From assembly GCA_000165425.1 (NCBI GenBank), contig CT868656.1:310001-362286 (forward strand): a DNA stretch of 52,286 nucleotides, given 5' to 3'. The DNA comes from Paramecium tetraurelia. Its lineage: Eukaryota. Shown one piece after another: positions 48,514-52,286 of the stretch (the first letter of the stretch is position 1; every line of letters starts with the position of its first letter). The notes below the pieces were generated by a model. That model was given only the letters and a program-made list of their open reading frames with translations. It was not told the DNA's origin and made no database searches. A program made the position numbers and the translations under genes.

Positions 48514-49577
48514 CTTTAATGTATATATAGTAAAATGAGAAAAAAGCCTGAAAAAATTTGGTATATAATAATTATTAACAATTAATTAGTCCAATTGACT
48601 GGACCTATATATTACAACTCTTTGCCGAGTTAGAAATATTAAAGTACAATCTCAACATCTATTAAAACATTTAATTATATTATTTTTTATCAATTAAGTT
48701 TAACAAAAATAAATTTATTCTTTTTTCTAAAATTATTTTAGCTATTTAATATTATTATGGTTTCTCTTATTAATTATCTAGAAATTTATTTCCTTCAATT
48801 GAAATTCTTGACAGAATTTTATCATTAATTTCAATCATAACAATATGTAAATTTATTGTTTACAGGAATAAATAGTGAATTTTCAAATCTAATAATATTG
48901 GAAAAAAAATTATATTTTATCAAATTTTCATGATTTTTTATTAACAAACTCTTTAGGGTTTTAGATTTGATTGTAATTTAATTTCCTAGAATTTTCCAAT
49001 AAACTATAATTTATGAATACAATCTCACTAAACTGATAAAATTACAAATTTGGATTTGTTTTATCTTGTATAGCAATTAAAGAATTTATGATGAAAAAAA
49101 AGTGTTCAGATTATTACCATACTTGGTTACCATAATAAACATGCGCAAAAATAAGATTTATGACTAAGGATTATTTGAAATTTCTTTTTGTAATAATATC
49201 ACATTTAATCCTGCTTTCAATAATTTAATACATAATCATTGAAAGTATAAATGATTAGATCTTTTGATAGAAATCGAAAATGAATCATTCTTCAAAAAAA
49301 TAAAAAATAATTGAGTACATATTGCAATTTTTAATTTCTGCAAGAGCAGAAAGTCATAGAAATGATATAGTTAGAACTTCAAGGAATACAACAAATATTA
49401 CTTAAAGGAAAGAAACATATCAAAAAATTAAAGTTTAATGGAAAGGAATTTAGACTTCATAAAGTGGTTAGCAATTAGAAATTTCTAGTTTTTTATAATC
49501 TCTTCTTTAATTATGATTGAATTTCTTTAAAGAAGATAAATTAAGAATCTTAGACAGTTGTTTTTGTATTCTCCCTA

Positions 49578-52280
49578 TCAAAATTCTAATGAAGTTATGG
49601 GAGTATCGAGAATATAATACATTCTTTTTTGAATATTCAATTAATTTTTGAAGAAATGAAGTTAATGATTATAATATATTAAAATAATAATGATACTTTA
49701 AAACTCTCTTTTAAATTTTATCAGTTATTCTAACTATTAAATATTACTAGATAAATACCTTTATTAGTTTAATTACTGTATTTACTTTTATAAGAGAGAA
49801 TTTTTGTTAAATAATTCTATTATTCTCCTATTTAAAATGCTAATTCCATCACTATATTATTGCTTATTATCTTCCAGTGTTTTAATATAATGTTTCAGAT
49901 AAATAATTTCTTATTAATTTTCTTAAGTAGACTAAAGCTCTTAACTCTATTTTCTAGATTGCTTTAATTCCTAATCATGCTAAAGCTTTTTGAGAATTTA
50001 TATAACAGGTTAAGTGGCTTGATTTAAGATAATTAATTGTTTGTTTTCTTCAAAATCATCTTAGTTTTCCTTCAATAACTATTCCATTGTTTAGACAAAG
50101 TGAGCAGTTTTTTCATTCAACTTTTGCTCATAATTTTCTAACTTCGACTATAGATCATCAACTTATGTTTTTAGTTAATGACATTCGTTTTCCAAAAGTT
50201 CTTTATCTTTCTCAATCTTTGCTATTAATATTTCTTGGTTTCTCTTTTATTCTTATGCAGTTAATAATTCCTGCCTTTGTTGCGCTAATTCTAATCCTTA
50301 TTTTTCAATAACATCATTTTCTTTATTAAATCTTTCTTAGGACTGTTGGTTTGTTGAATTAGGTAGTTCATCTTTTATTCCAACTAACTTATCTAGTGTT
50401 TAAGAGGATTTTAAATTAGATTAACTTTGAATCTAATTTAATTATTCAGTTAATTATAAATTAATTTTCTAAAGTTATTCCTTTTCTTCATTTAATGATA
50501 ATATTTATGATTGAAGATCTGATAATTATTATTTATAATTCCAAATTTCTTCTAATTATGGAGAATTTTCCTCGCCTTAAGCCCCAAAAAGGTTTATTTA
50601 TTATTCATCAGTATTGAGATTGTGCACTTATTATTATTTTTTCTCAACAACATCATCGTCTTTATCTAAATCAAGTTGATTTTCTAATTTTGGACTCTGC
50701 TCTTATAAAATTCCATCCCTTTACATTTCTAAAAGTAAATATTAGTTTAATAGTTTGTTATATTTCTCTTTTTATTTTTAAATTTCATCATCCAATTATT
50801 TTTCATGATCTTATTTAATATCATCTTACTTTTTATTTAATCCATCATTTAGTTCTTCCAAAGCTAAGTGTTCAGATAATAATGAATTAAATTTATTTTT
50901 TATTAATTCAAGTTCACTTTTATCGACTAATTAATCTTAATTTTGATTGGCTGAATTCAAAGAATCTATTGCTTTTTCACATTCTTCCTACAATTTCAAA
51001 TGTTCATTCAATAAATTATTAAATAAATCTTTTGCTTTTAATTTTTCTTCTTCTAGTTATTATCGGAATTCCTTTCTTAATTACTTTTCTTATTCATTAA
51101 TTAAATCTCCAACATTTAACAAATGAAGATGTTCCTCCAAAAGATTATTATATTTATTTTTATAATAATCTTCAGAGCTTGGTTCCATCTTCAATGGCTC
51201 AGGAGTAGGTTCTGTTTATTCTATTTATTATGATTCATGTTATGATGTTTTATCTAAAAGGTTTTTCATATTTTCTAGTTCTTGTTTCAATTATGTATTT
51301 TAATTTTCTAAATAATTTAACTAATCAAGAAGTGATTTCATTTATTCTTGATTTTTTTAATCATCAATTTCTTCTTTTTCTTAATGTTCATTTGTAATCT
51401 CTTATTTTTTCTAAACAACATCATCATCTTTATCTAAATCAAGTTGATTTTCTAATTTTGGACTCTGCTCTTATAAAATTCCATCTCTTTACATTTCTAA
51501 AAGTAAATATTAGTTTAATAGTTTGTTATATTTCTCTTTTTATTTTTAAATTTCATCATCTAATTATTTTTCATGATCTTATTTAATATCATCTTACTTT
51601 TTATTTAATCCATCATTTAGTTCTTCCAAAGCTAAGTGTTCAGATAATAATGAATTAAATTTATTTTTTATTGTTTCAAGTTCACTTTTATCGACTAATT
51701 AATCTTAATTTTGATTGGCTGAATTCAAAGAATCTATTGCTTTTTCACATTCTTCCTACAATTTCAAATGTTCATTCAATAAATTATTAAATAAATCTTT
51801 TGCTTTTAATTTTTCTTCTTCTAGTTATTATCGGAATTCCTTTCTTAATTACTTTTCTTATTCATTAATTAAATCTCCAACATTTAACAAATGAAGATGT
51901 TCCTCCAAAAGATTATTATATTTAGTTTTATGATAATCTTGATTGGTTTCAACTAACGGATTAACATTATCTTATAATTATGATTATTATTGTAATCCAT
52001 CCTTTAACACTTAAATTTATTCTTATAGCTATTCTAATTTAATCTCTTATTCATCAATCTTTTCTAAACTTTATAGATTTATTTATTTTTATTTTTACAA
52101 TCTCTATTAAGCATTTTCAAGTTAATTTTCCAATTTCTTAATTGTGAAAAGAAGTTTGAATTATTTTGCTAACATTTTTGCATTTGTTTTTGATAATTTT
52201 TATAAATGATTGAGAGATGGTGTCAGCTCCAACTTACTAAGGCTCTATATTTTCTTCTCCCTCGTCAGTTTATTATTCAT
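49578..52280 (-). CDS. Acidic coiled-coil protein with internal duplication (both ends uncertain; may extend past the window)
   Basis: One code-6 frame of Q/E/K/L heptads (spot-checked) runs from ATG 52280 to the first in-frame TGA at 49578-49580. Confidence 0.7.
50641..51940. repeat. Near-identical direct repeat, about 532 nt x2 (50641-51172 and 51409-51940), 768-nt period
   Basis: Direct comparison shows about 8 substitutions and no indels. The period is a multiple of 3 and lies inside the coiled-coil CDS. Confidence 0.92.
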
Positions 52281-52286
52281 AGTAAT

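Noticed and set aside
1..52286. Frequent in-frame TAA/TAG read as mass pseudogenisation
   Set aside because: They occur throughout intact conserved proteins and are Gln codons in the ciliate code.

Overview
This is AT-rich, gene-dense eukaryotic DNA that only makes sense in the ciliate nuclear code (TAA/TAG = Gln, TGA the only stop). The introns are tiny (about 20-33 nt, GT..AG) and intergenic spacers are as short as 19 nt, which points to a Paramecium-type macronuclear chromosome (genus inferred). The supplied standard-code ORF track therefore shows only gene fragments and antisense artefacts. Re-reading by hand gives about 33 protein genes. Recognisable genes: RBX1, ornithine aminotransferase, ATP synthase subunit d, E2F, DPM3, SmD1, VPS29, a PMCA-type P2B ATPase, an EAG/CNBD-type K+ channel, a CAMK-group kinase, and WD40, MORN, LRR, TPR and coiled-coil proteins. 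I found no rRNA, tRNA, CRISPR array or mobile element, and no convincing multi-gene novel system. The best leads are single genes: an FPA/Spen-like RRM-polyQ-SPOC protein, a PMCA with altered Ca2+/ATP ligands, an intronless AIG1/GIMAP-like GTPase ending in CaaX, a B-box-coiled-coil-PHR protein, an EGF-TM-RING-H2 ligase, a K+ channel with a CCHC knuckle, a pseudoprotease rhomboid, and a frameshifted 2-phosphoglycerate-kinase-like gene. Several introns also appear to skip a proximal AG. Family assignments come from remembered motifs, not from database searches.
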